A DNA stretch of 64,000 bases. Source: Chloroflexota bacterium. GTDB lineage: Bacteria; Chloroflexota; Dehalococcoidia; Lucifugimonadales; UBA3495. Below the pieces are notes generated by a model that saw only the letters and a list, made by a program, of their open reading frames with translations, was not told the DNA's origin and did not search any database. The position numbers were made by a program, and so were the translations under genes. This document shows, piece by piece, positions 28,350 through 37,869 of the stretch. The DNA is taken from contig JAQBVF010000001.1 of the NCBI GenBank assembly GCA_027623675.1, positions 96,001-160,000 on the forward strand. The letters run 5' to 3'. The first letter of the stretch is position 1, and each line of letters begins with the position of its first letter.

Positions 28350-29558
28350 TCATCTGACGCTGGCCAAGATCCCTTTCAGGTCGTCCACGCTCTCGATCTT
28401 GCGGACGTTTCGGTGGAGGCCGAAATCGGTCATGGCGTCGGCTGCGATCTGGTCGATGTCGTCCTCGGAAACGCCCACCTGACTCAGCCTGACCGGCAGA
28501 TTCAGGCCGCGGAATAATTCTTCCACGGAATCTGCCGCGGCGGCGGCGGACTCGCGGTCGTCCAGTCGGTTATCAACCACTCCCATGGCGGCGGCGAAGC
28601 GGGCCTGCCCGGCGGCGTTGGCCTCGGCATTAAAACGCATACCGGGGGCGGTCAGGATGGAGTAGGCGTCGCCGTGGCCGCATTCGGGGTAGCGAGTGTC
28701 CAGCGAGTGGGCCAGGGCGGTCACCACCCCGAGTGCGCTGCCCCCGGCCCCGGCGTCGGTGGCCCGGTTGTACAGGAAGGCCGCGGCGCACAGGTTGATG
28801 CGCACCGCCGGGTTATCGGGCTGGGACTCCACCAGCGGCAGGTTCTCGGTCATGAAACGCAGCGCCTCCAGCAGGTCGCTCTCCGCCAGCGGGTTGAGGC
28901 CAGTGCGCTGCAGGGCGGCGGCGATGCCGGTGAAGCAGGACGCGGTGGCGTTCAGACAGAGCCAGGGTGATGCCGTGAGCAGCGCTTGGTCGTCCCAGAT
29001 GACCGCTTGAGGCCGGGTCTTGGGGTCGAACAACTCTAGCCGGTGGCCCGACTCTGGGTCGATTAGCGCGGTCCCGGCACGGGTGACGGCGGTGGTCGCA
29101 GTTGTCAGGACGATGAAGTTGGGAATCTTGGGGGCCATCAGGCGGGGACTAACCGGCGGCTTGCCCGCGGGATATTGGGTGCACAGTTCCTGGGCGGTCC
29201 CCTTCTCGGCCAGCAGGATTGTGATGCCCCGGGCGGTGACCACGGCGCTGCCGCCGCCGACCGCCACGATGCCGTCCGCGTCGACCTCCCTGGCCGCCGC
29301 GACACCCGCCAACACCGATGTCAGTGGCGAACCGGTCTTTCCTCCGCTGAACACACCGGCGAACCGCTCTACCAGGGCTTCCCGCACCCGTTCCACCAGG
29401 TCGGTATTGTTGGCGATGGACTGCCCGCAGACAACCAGCACCCGCTGTGCTCTCGTCCGATCGACCTCTTCGGTCAGCTTGCTGATGGCGTTCGGTCCGG
29501 CATGGACCCGCACGGGATAGCCGACGAAACGGAAGGGATCGGTGGTCACGGCAATCAT
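28350..29558 (-). CDS. Iron-containing alcohol dehydrogenase/maleylacetate reductase-like protein with degenerate metal site
   Basis: AVGGGS, TT motif, P..VIWD, ALAH..HG, LPVRLSQVG; start after AGGAGA. Confidence 0.8.
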   Translation of the reverse strand: MIAVTTDPFRFVGYPVRVHAGPNAISKLTEEVDRTRAQRVLVVCGQSIANNTDLVERVREALVERFAGVFSGGKTGSPLTSVLAGVAAAREVDADGIVAVGGGSAVVTARGITILLAEKGTAQELCTQYPAGKPPVSPRLMAPKIPNFIVLTTATTAVTRAGTALIDPESGHRLELFDPKTRPQAVIWDDQALLTASPWLCLNATASCFTGIAAALQRTGLNPLAESDLLEALRFMTENLPLVESQPDNPAVRINLCAAAFLYNRATDAGAGGSALGVVTALAHSLDTRYPECGHGDAYSILTAPGMRFNAEANAAGQARFAAAMGVVDNRLDDRESAAAAADSVEELFRGLNLPVRLSQVGVSEDDIDQIAADAMTDFGLHRNVRKIESVDDLKGILASVR

Positions 29559-29637
29559 TCTCCTGGGCTTGGCTGGGGCAGTGACTAATGGTGCCACCCA
29601 CGTCAATATTTGGCAACCGGCGTATCCGGCCCCATTG

Positions 29638-29665
29638 TTGACAGTTAATCCCGGTGGGCTATCAT
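29638..29665 (+). promoter_or_regulatory. Sigma70 promoter
   Basis: TTGACA-N16-TATCAT upstream of 29809. Confidence 0.45.
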
Positions 29666-29808
29666 GTGCAGAATCACCGGTATGCGGAGTCTGACCATGG
29701 CGCGGATGGCTGGCAATTCGGATCCCACCCCAGGGCGTAATCCGGCGTTCTTGTTGCAGCCTCCGGTGGTAGAATCGAGCCAAGTGTAGGACCCAAGACG
29801 AGAGTTTC

Positions 29809-30348
29809 ATGCCAGAACTGAGCAAGAAAGATGAGACCCGCATGGTGCGCTACCGGGGCCAGAGCCTGCGGTTGCTGCAAGACGCCATGGACGAGATTCG
29901 CGTCGGCCGCTGGCTGCGCTGCGAGGAACTTCTCTGGGGCAGCCTGACGCTGGCGGTGAAGGGCGTGGCCCTGGCCCGGGGGCGGGATCTGGACGGAGCC
30001 AAGGCCGTCGAGGAATACGCCATAGAGTTGGGCAACGAGAACCGGGACCGCCGGATCAGAGAGGCTTTCACGAAGCTGGGGACATTCGGCGAGACCGCGG
30101 AGAGGGTGAACGAGGCCCGGATCAGGGCCGACCATCTGGTAAACACGCTGGAAGATGTCACCGGGGCGGTCGAGCGGCTCTGGGACATGGCGCCCGGCGG
30201 CGACCTGCTCTCCAGGCTGGTCCAGGGCGACTTCGACGCACCGGAAGAAACAGACAATGATCACGGCCTAAGCCTGCTTAACGGCCCAACGCAAGAGGAA
30301 CTGGACGAACTGGAAGACATGGACGGAGGCCCCCTTGGCCAGGTCTGA
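29809..30348 (+). CDS. Hypothetical all-helical protein, PaREP1/HEPN-like, with acidic tail
   Basis: G.W..CEELLWGSLTLAVKGVA resembles the PaREP1 pattern GD..QASEK.W.A...AVKA; overlaps the mtaB start. Confidence 0.55.
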   Translation: MPELSKKDETRMVRYRGQSLRLLQDAMDEIRVGRWLRCEELLWGSLTLAVKGVALARGRDLDGAKAVEEYAIELGNENRDRRIREAFTKLGTFGETAERVNEARIRADHLVNTLEDVTGAVERLWDMAPGGDLLSRLVQGDFDAPEETDNDHGLSLLNGPTQEELDELEDMDGGPLGQV

Positions 30349-31693
30349 TCAACGGGCCGGCCAACCGGACGCCGCAACCGATATGGGGCGTCAGCCCACC
30401 GTGTCCATCCACACCCAGGGCTGCAAGCTGAACCAGGCCGACAGTCAGGCGCTGGCCCGGCAATTTGAGCAGGCCGGTTTCACCCTGGTGCGTACCCCGG
30501 CACGGGCCAACGTGGTGGTGTTGAATTCCTGCACCGTGACCGCGACCTCCGATGCCAAAGCCCGCCAGTACCTGCGACGCGCCCGCCGGACCAACCCCGA
30601 TGCCTTGGTGGTCGCCACCGGCTGCTACGCCCAGCGGGCCAAGCAAGACCTGGCGGCGATGGATGCCGTATCTTTGGTTCTGGACAACCGCGACAAGCCG
30701 CAACTGGTTTCAACGGTGGCCGGCAGGCTGGATGCCGCGCCGGTACGGTCCATGGCAAGCGGTGCTTCGCCCCTGGACCTGTACGCGGGCCGAACCAGGG
30801 CCATGGTGAAGATACAGGAGGGCTGCGACCAGGTCTGCGCCTACTGCATCGTGCCCAAGGTCAGAGGCCGGGAGAGGAGCATCCCACCCGAGGAGATAAT
30901 CGCCCAGATAAATGGGCGGGCCGCGGAAGGCTGCCGGGAGGCGGTATTGACCGGCACCCAACTGGGCACCTACGGGTTCGACCTGCCGGACATTAGCCTG
31001 AGGGACCTGGTGGCGCGGATATTGGCCGAGACGACCGTCGACCGGTTGCGGGTGTCTTCCCTCCAAGCCCAGGAGATCACCCCGGAGTTGTTAGACCTGT
31101 GGCAGGACCCGCGGCTCTGCCCCCATTTCCACATCCCGCTGCAGAGTGGCAGCGACACCATCCTGCGGGCCATGCGCCGCCGCTACGACACCGCCCGGTT
31201 CGCGGAAACGGTGGAGTTGGTGCGGTCTAGGATCCCGGACGCTGGTATCACCACCGATATCATTGCCGGCTTCCCCGGCGAGGGCGTAAGGGAGTTTGCC
31301 GAGAGTTACAGTTTCGCCGCGTCCATGGGCTTCAGCGACATGCACGTGTTCCCCTACTCCATCAGGCCGGGAACGTCGGCGGCCCATCTTGGCGGGCAGG
31401 TCAACGACGCCCGGAAACAGGAGCGGACCGGTGAGCTGCTGGAACTGGCGGCCGCCGCCGGCCTGGAATTCCGCCGGGCGGCATTGGGCCAGACCAGGCC
31501 AGTACTCTGGAAACCCGCCGGCCTAGATAACCGCCCAAAAAGCGCCGACGGGTATTGGACCGGACTCACCGACAATTACCTTAGAGTGCGGGCGCAGTCC
31601 GACCAGGACTTGGGCAACGTCATCAAAGACGTGCGGTTAACAGGTCTACCTAAGGAAATGGACCATGGCTTGGTCACAGGCGAAGTCGTCTGA
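30335..31693 (+). CDS. mtaB: tRNA 2-methylthiotransferase (radical SAM)
   Basis: GCKLNQADS, NSCTVT, TGCYA, KIQEGCDQVCAYC, HIPLQSG, HVFPYS.R.GT, GLTDNY. Confidence 0.93.
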   Translation: MARSDQRAGQPDAATDMGRQPTVSIHTQGCKLNQADSQALARQFEQAGFTLVRTPARANVVVLNSCTVTATSDAKARQYLRRARRTNPDALVVATGCYAQRAKQDLAAMDAVSLVLDNRDKPQLVSTVAGRLDAAPVRSMASGASPLDLYAGRTRAMVKIQEGCDQVCAYCIVPKVRGRERSIPPEEIIAQINGRAAEGCREAVLTGTQLGTYGFDLPDISLRDLVARILAETTVDRLRVSSLQAQEITPELLDLWQDPRLCPHFHIPLQSGSDTILRAMRRRYDTARFAETVELVRSRIPDAGITTDIIAGFPGEGVREFAESYSFAASMGFSDMHVFPYSIRPGTSAAHLGGQVNDARKQERTGELLELAAAAGLEFRRAALGQTRPVLWKPAGLDNRPKSADGYWTGLTDNYLRVRAQSDQDLGNVIKDVRLTGLPKEMDHGLVTGEVV

Positions 31694-31892
31694 TCGACTC
31701 CCCCGGACTTCGCGTGGGCTAGTCCAACTGTTCTTCCCTCGTCAGGGCAGTTAGGACATCGGCAGTTGGCTCCCGCAGCCGGCAGTCCTGCCGGCATCAA
31801 GCCTTTGCCAGATTGTGTTCCCCTTCTGGTTATCCGATATTAAGTTGTACGCCATCGGGCCGATAGTTCGGCCACCGGATGTTTAACCCGGT

Positions 31893-32723
31893 CTACAGAT
31901 CAACGGGTCTGAGATAGCCCATCTCACCGCGGCGCTCAAGATATCCCGCTTTGATATCGTGGCCGTGGGAGAAGACCAACAACCAGCCCTGTTGTTCGGC
32001 TTGGGTCAACAGGTCCCGCTTCTGCTCCAGAGTTACCTCGGGAGAGCTATCGAAGGCGGAAATAGCCACCAGGTTCAGGTGATGGGGCGTGGGGACCAGG
32101 TCTCCAAGAAACACCACCCGCTCGCCGCCGTGGTTGAACATGACCATCTGATGACCTGAGGCATGGCCGTCGGTGACTATCGCGTTCAGTCCGGGGAGAA
32201 TCTCTGAATCGCCGTCCAGCAGTTCCAGCTGACCCCGCTCTTCTATGGGCAGGAAGTTCTCCGACCGGTGCGCTCCGTTGCAACGCTCATTGGGATTGCA
32301 GGCTTCGTCCCAGCATTCCCGCTGCACGTAGTACTTGGCCTTGGGGAAGGTTGGCACCAGATTGCCGGCGCGGTCCAGACGGGTGCATCCGCCAGAATGG
32401 TCGAAATGCAGGTGGGACAGCACCACCGCGCTGATGTCCTTGGGGGTCAGGCCGACGCCCTTCAATCCCTTCAGGAGGCGGCTGGGCACCAGGCCGAGGT
32501 TCTCTTTGTCCTGGTCCACTTCTTTGGAGCCGATCCCCGTATCCACCAGAACGTTCTGTCCGGCCACTTGCAGCAGCAGACAGTTCAGTCCCAGCGTCAT
32601 CCGGTTCTTGCGGTCGGTGACCACGCTGCCTTCCCAGGCAACCTTCGGCACCTGACCGAACATGGACCCCCCGTCCATCTTGATTACTCCATCACTGATG
32701 ATCTTTACAGCTGTAGACATCAT
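31893..32723 (-). CDS. MBL-fold metallo-hydrolase (YtnP-like)
   Basis: DGGSMFGQVPK, SHLHFDHSGG, GH, GDL, FSH. Confidence 0.9.
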   Translation of the reverse strand: MMSTAVKIISDGVIKMDGGSMFGQVPKVAWEGSVVTDRKNRMTLGLNCLLLQVAGQNVLVDTGIGSKEVDQDKENLGLVPSRLLKGLKGVGLTPKDISAVVLSHLHFDHSGGCTRLDRAGNLVPTFPKAKYYVQRECWDEACNPNERCNGAHRSENFLPIEERGQLELLDGDSEILPGLNAIVTDGHASGHQMVMFNHGGERVVFLGDLVPTPHHLNLVAISAFDSSPEVTLEQKRDLLTQAEQQGWLLVFSHGHDIKAGYLERRGEMGYLRPVDL

Positions 32724-33001
32724 CGTTACACACAACCCCTCATTCAATTATTATTGAACGTTCCGCCCCGCCCGGTGCCGTGACCAATAAGGGTTCCGAA
32801 GTTGACCCGAAGTGTCTCATCAGAGATTGCCGAAGAAGAGAGAATAGTGCTGATGACCGCGAGTATGGTCTACCGGGTTGGTTCTGGCGGGCCCGTTCTG
32901 CAGATACTATGTATTGTTTTGACCGTTGGTTTTCGATCGCTTATGTTTTAAGTAGCTTATGTTTATATCCTTATGATTACCTCCCGTACTTTCCCTTTTA
33001 G

Positions 33002-33139
33002 ACAAAAATAGCCGGGGTCCGATACCATCGGCCACCGGCTAGAGCTAACGCTGACGCTAAGTAAGGCCACACCACACACGCCCACTCTCTCTCGTTGACC
33101 CAATTAGCAGATTAATGTAAGAGCGCCGCCGCCTGTCAA
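33002..33139 (-). ncRNA. Candidate small RNA or attenuator leader (promoter plus intrinsic terminator)
   Basis: On the minus strand TTGACA (33139-33134) with an AT-rich -10 region, ~105 nt with no convincing ORF, then AGCCGG..CCGGCT hairpin and ATTTTTG. Confidence 0.45.
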
Positions 33140-33402
33140 GGGGGAAATACACGACTTTGAGGTCAGTATTCGGTGGAATATTAAACTTATTTAAGGCTTG
33201 GGTCAAATCCACGCCTGGGGCTCCGACGTTATGTATACCTTGCCGTTTAAGGGTGGACCCTTTTTGGCCGATTTTAGAGATGCTATACTAGCCGGATTCC
33301 GATACTGACCATCACCAAAAACCGGGGGGAAACCCGGCGAACACCCGGCCGCATTGCCCACCGCCGTACCAGCAGAACGGCCGTTGAACGAGAGGCTTCG
33401 AC

Positions 33403-34821
33403 ATGGAGAAAGACCGGAAAGAGACCACCGAGTTAGGACTGATCGGCCACCTGATGCGGAGGGCTGGATTCGGCGCCACGCTCCAAGAGTTGGAAGCGTA
33501 CCAAGCCAAGGGGTACGAGGCCACCGTGGAGGAGTTGATTCACCCCGAAGACGCACCCGAATGGAACGACGACCTGGTACGCCGCTACCAGCCCGACCAG
33601 AACAGCATCATGTACTTCGAGAGCGCCCAGGCTTATTGGATGTACAGGATGATCAATTCCAAACGCCCCTTAGAGGAAAAGATCGCCCTGTTCTGGCACG
33701 GCCTCTTCGCCACCGCCTACGGTAAGCTGAACCACGCTAAGGGCGTGGTCAACCAGACCGATACCTTCCGCCGTCACGGCCTGGGGACCTTCCACGATAT
33801 ATTGACGGAGCTGTCCAAGGACCCGGCCATGATCTTCTGGCTGGACAACAAGGACAACCATAAGGATGCCCCCAATGAGAACTACGGACGGGAGCTTCTG
33901 GAGCTCTTTTCCATGGGCATCGGCAACTACACCGAAGCCGACGTGAAGAGTTGCGCCAGGGCCTTCACCGGGTGGACCATCGCCAACCAGGACTACATGA
34001 GCGTCCGCGCCGCCCGGGACTCCATCTGGCCTTCGGGACGCATCGATTGGCAGTTCGAGTACAAGCCCGAAGACCACGACGAGACCGAAAAAGAGTTCCT
34101 GGGCCGCACCGGCAACTTCAACGGCGAAGACGTCATCGACATCGTTGCCATGCGCCCGGCCACCAGTTGGTTCATAGCCGGCAAGCTGTACGCCTACTTC
34201 GTCTCCGACACCTCCAATGAGGAGGCGACAGCGTTCCTGGCCGAGGAGTACCGCAAGTCAGGCGGCGACATCCGCTCCATGCTGCGGGCCTTGTTCCTGT
34301 CGGACTATTTCAAGTCGGAGGATGTCTGGTACGCCAAGATCAAGAGCCCTACAGAACTGGTTGTGGGCACGGCCCGGTTGGCCGGCAGTTACCAGACCCC
34401 CCAATGGGATATCACCAACCTGGCCAGCGACGCCAATTTCATGGGCCAAGAGATACTTAATCCGCCCACCGTTGAGGGCTGGCACACCGGCACCGAGTGG
34501 GTGGACACCGGGACTCTGGTGGAGCGGGTGAACTCGACGGCGTTGGTCATTGGCGACGCCCTGCAGCCGGGGGTCCGGGACATGATCCAGCGGCTCAAAG
34601 ACCGCCAAGACACCTATCAGCCGGACGAGCTGGTTGACGCCTGCCTGCTCTTGTCCGGAGGCCTGGAGGTGTCGCACGGAACCCATCAGCGCCTGGTGGA
34701 ATTCGCCGCCAACTGGGGCGAGGTGAGTTTCACTCCCGAAGACGCCGTCGCCTGCTCCGAACAGCGGGTCGTCGAGCTGCTCCAAGTGGTCCTAGCCACC
34801 CGCGAATACCAGATGGCCTAG
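33403..34821 (+). CDS. DUF1800 family protein
   Basis: HLMRRAGFG, LFWHGLFAT, DPAMIFWLD, PNENYGRELLELFSMG, ARAFTGW, PPTVEGW, EYQ. Confidence 0.9.
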   Translation: MEKDRKETTELGLIGHLMRRAGFGATLQELEAYQAKGYEATVEELIHPEDAPEWNDDLVRRYQPDQNSIMYFESAQAYWMYRMINSKRPLEEKIALFWHGLFATAYGKLNHAKGVVNQTDTFRRHGLGTFHDILTELSKDPAMIFWLDNKDNHKDAPNENYGRELLELFSMGIGNYTEADVKSCARAFTGWTIANQDYMSVRAARDSIWPSGRIDWQFEYKPEDHDETEKEFLGRTGNFNGEDVIDIVAMRPATSWFIAGKLYAYFVSDTSNEEATAFLAEEYRKSGGDIRSMLRALFLSDYFKSEDVWYAKIKSPTELVVGTARLAGSYQTPQWDITNLASDANFMGQEILNPPTVEGWHTGTEWVDTGTLVERVNSTALVIGDALQPGVRDMIQRLKDRQDTYQPDELVDACLLLSGGLEVSHGTHQRLVEFAANWGEVSFTPEDAVACSEQRVVELLQVVLATREYQMA

Positions 34822-34867
34822 GGGCCTGGCGCACTTCTGTGCCCGGCTCGCTAGCAGAAGCAACCAA

Positions 34868-34985
34868 GCTTGTTGTCACCCCGAGTGCTTGTTGTCACCC
34901 CGAGTGCAGCGAGGGGTCTCGTTGCCAAAGTCGAACCAGGCTTCATCCAGCGATGGGATTCCTCGGCTCCGGCCTCGGAATGACA
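34868..34985. repeat. REP/MITE-like palindromic element with a 19-bp tandem duplication at its left end
   Basis: GCTTGTTGTCACCCCGAGT x2; TGTCACCCCGAGTGCAGCGAGGGGTCTC ... GGGATTCCTCGGCTCCGGCCTCGGAATGACA imperfect inverted ends. Confidence 0.75.
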
Positions 34986-35028
34986 GGCTGGTGAGGCAGG
35001 TTTCCAATCCTGTGACTGGACACAACCA

Positions 35029-36042
35029 ATGACCACCACCAAGACATTCACCTATAGCCACACCATCGGCTTTCTGGCCGCCACGGGACGGGGCTTCACC
35101 AACCCGGTGGACCTGGCCATCAACTCCCAGGGCGTGATCTACGTGTTGAACCGGGCGGGGCCTGAAACGCCCATCCGCTTGCCCTCCAAACGGGTCACCA
35201 TGTGCAACCTGAACGAGGACTGGTTCGGAGACTTCGGCGTTGGCGGCACCGGCGACGGGGAATTCTGGTGGCCCAGTTCCATCGCGATCGACAGCCAAGA
35301 CCGGGTCTACGTCTCCGACGAGGGCCTGCAGCGCATCTCGGTCTTCGACAAGGACGGAACGTTCCTGAGCAAATGGGGTGAGAAGGGCTCCGGCGCCGGG
35401 CAGCTTGAATATCCCTCCAGCCTGGCCTTCGACGCCGAAGACAACCTGTACCTGGCCGACAGCGGCAACCACCGGGTGCAGAAATTCACATCCGACGGCC
35501 GGTTCATATCGGCCTGGGGCCAGAGAGGCAGCGATCCCGGCCAGTTCGAAGGACCCTGGGGGTTGGCCTTGGCCGGTTCCGGTAACGTCTACATCTCCGA
35601 TTGGGGGAACGACCGCATCCAGCGGTACGCCACGGACGGCCGGTTGATCGAGGAGTTCCCCGCGCTTCCAGAAGGCCAGGCCATTCACCGGCCGGCCGGA
35701 CTAACGGTGGACGACGATGGCAACATCTATGTAGCCGACTGGGGCAACGAACGGGTGAAGATAATCGGCCCGGACGGTAGTTTGCTGGCGTCGCTTCGAG
35801 GCGAGTCGGTGGACTCCAAGTGGGCGGCTGATTACTTCGAAGCCAACCCCGAGGAAGGACGGCTACGCTACGAGGCCGACCTGGTGCCCGAATTAGACCC
35901 GCCGGCCCGGCGCGACCGGGAGATATCCGCCGGAGTGGAGAGCTACTTCTGGGGACCCACGGCGGTCAAGCTAGACGGCCAAGGCCGCCTATACGTCGCC
36001 GACAGCCTGCGCCACCGGCTGCAGGTCTACCAGAGCAATTAA
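35029..36042 (+). CDS. NHL-repeat beta-propeller protein
   Basis: Repeated F..P..IA.D....YV.D..N.RIQ.F units. Confidence 0.9.
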   Translation: MTTTKTFTYSHTIGFLAATGRGFTNPVDLAINSQGVIYVLNRAGPETPIRLPSKRVTMCNLNEDWFGDFGVGGTGDGEFWWPSSIAIDSQDRVYVSDEGLQRISVFDKDGTFLSKWGEKGSGAGQLEYPSSLAFDAEDNLYLADSGNHRVQKFTSDGRFISAWGQRGSDPGQFEGPWGLALAGSGNVYISDWGNDRIQRYATDGRLIEEFPALPEGQAIHRPAGLTVDDDGNIYVADWGNERVKIIGPDGSLLASLRGESVDSKWAADYFEANPEEGRLRYEADLVPELDPPARRDREISAGVESYFWGPTAVKLDGQGRLYVADSLRHRLQVYQSN

Positions 36043-36054
36043 TGGCCGGAACGC

Positions 36055-37749
36055 CTAGCGGACTTTGCGGCGGGCCTGGTCCATGCGGGCCCAGGTGTCC
36101 CGGAGCGCCACCGTGCGGTTGAAGACCGGGGCCTCGGGCGTGGAGTCCAGGTCGACGCAGAAATAGCCCTGCCGCAGGAATTGGAACCGCTCTCCCGGCT
36201 TGGCTTGGTCCAGTCCCTGCTCCAGCTTGCAACCCCGCAACACGACCAACGACTCGGGGTTAAGATTGTCTTTGAAATCACCGCCCTCCGGCAGGTCGTC
36301 GGGGTCTTCGGTGACGAACAGGTGGTCGTAGATCCGGACCTCCGCATCCACCGCCTGTTCCGCCGACACCCAATGGGAGGTGCCCCGGACCTTTCTGCCG
36401 TCGGCAGAAGTTCCCCCGTAGGTTTCCGGGTCGTAGGTGCAACGCAGCTCGGTGATCTCGCCGGTGGCCTCGTCTTTCACCACGCCGGTACAGGTGATGT
36501 AGTAGGCGTCTTTGAGCCGTATCTCCCGGCCTGGCGACAGGCGGTAGAACTTGGGCGGCGGGTCCTCGCTGAAATCGTCCCTCTCGATGTACACGGTGCG
36601 GGAGAAGAGGACCGGCCGCTCGCCCATGCTCATATCTTCCGGGTTGTTCACCGACATGATCTCTTCGGATCTGCCCTCAGGGTAGTTCTCGATGACCACC
36701 TTCAGCGGGTCCAGCACGCCCATGACCCTGGGCGACCGCTTATTCAGGTCGTCCCGCAGGGCATGCTCCAACAGGGATATCTCAACCGTGTTGTCGCGCC
36801 GGGCCACGCCGATGCGGTCGCAGAACTCCCGGATCGCCTCGGGCGTGTAGCCCCGGCGGCGCAGCCCCGAGAGGGTGGGCATGCGCGGGTCGTCCCAGCC
36901 GTTCACGTAGCCGCCGTTCACCAATTCCATCAACCGCCGCTTGCTGAGGACCGTGTGAGTGATGTTCAGCCTCGCGAACTCGATCTGCTGCGAGTGGTAG
37001 ATGCCCAGCTCGTCCAGGAACCAGTCATATAGGGGGCGATGGACCTCAAACTCCAGCGTGCAGACGGAGTGGGTGACGCCCTCGATGGAGTCCGACTGGC
37101 CGTGGGCGAAGTCGTACATCGGGTAGATGGGCCATTCGTCGCCGGTGCGGTGGTGGGACTGTTTCAGGATGCGGTACATCACCGGGTCCCGCAGGTTCAG
37201 GTTGTTGGCGGCCATGTCTATCTTGGCCCGAAGCACGCGGGCGCCTTCCTCGAACTCTCCGGCCCGCATGCGGTGGAACAGGTCCAGGTTCTCCTCGACG
37301 GACCGGTTGCGGAAGGGGCTCTCTTTGCCGGGCTCCGTCAGCGTGCCCCGCGTTTCCCGGATCTCCTCGGGGCTGAGATCGCAAACGTAGGCCTTGCCGG
37401 CTTCGATCAGTTGGATGGCGAATTCGTACAGCTTGCCGAAGTAGTCCGAAGCGTAGTACAGGTTCTCGCCCCAGTCCCAACCCAGCCAGCGCACGTCCTC
37501 CATGATAGATTCGACGTATTCCGTCTCCTCCCTGCTGGGATTGGTGTCGTCGAAGCGCAGGTTACAGGTGCCCCCGAACTCAGCCGCCAGCCCAAAGTTC
37601 AGGCAGACCGACTTGGCGTGGCCGATGTGGAGATAGCCGTTGGGCTCGGGGGGGAACCGGGTGACCACCCGTCCGCCGAACTTCCCGGACTTGATGTCGT
37701 CGGCGACTATGCTGCGTACGAAGTCCACCGATGTTTCAGTCTGTGTCAT
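36055..37749 (-). CDS. glnS: Glutaminyl-tRNA synthetase
   Basis: [61 protein letters not shown]. Confidence 0.95.
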   Translation of the reverse strand: MTQTETSVDFVRSIVADDIKSGKFGGRVVTRFPPEPNGYLHIGHAKSVCLNFGLAAEFGGTCNLRFDDTNPSREETEYVESIMEDVRWLGWDWGENLYYASDYFGKLYEFAIQLIEAGKAYVCDLSPEEIRETRGTLTEPGKESPFRNRSVEENLDLFHRMRAGEFEEGARVLRAKIDMAANNLNLRDPVMYRILKQSHHRTGDEWPIYPMYDFAHGQSDSIEGVTHSVCTLEFEVHRPLYDWFLDELGIYHSQQIEFARLNITHTVLSKRRLMELVNGGYVNGWDDPRMPTLSGLRRRGYTPEAIREFCDRIGVARRDNTVEISLLEHALRDDLNKRSPRVMGVLDPLKVVIENYPEGRSEEIMSVNNPEDMSMGERPVLFSRTVYIERDDFSEDPPPKFYRLSPGREIRLKDAYYITCTGVVKDEATGEITELRCTYDPETYGGTSADGRKVRGTSHWVSAEQAVDAEVRIYDHLFVTEDPDDLPEGGDFKDNLNPESLVVLRGCKLEQGLDQAKPGERFQFLRQGYFCVDLDSTPEAPVFNRTVALRDTWARMDQARRKVR

Positions 37750-37869
37750 TATCGTGTCGTCCTAAGTATCTTGCGGGTGGCCGTCCGTCTGGCTTGCCGC
37801 CCCGGACCATTCTTTCTCGTTCTTTCGTTGATGGCCTGGATGGCCGGTGGCCGTCCATCTATTCGGCGG

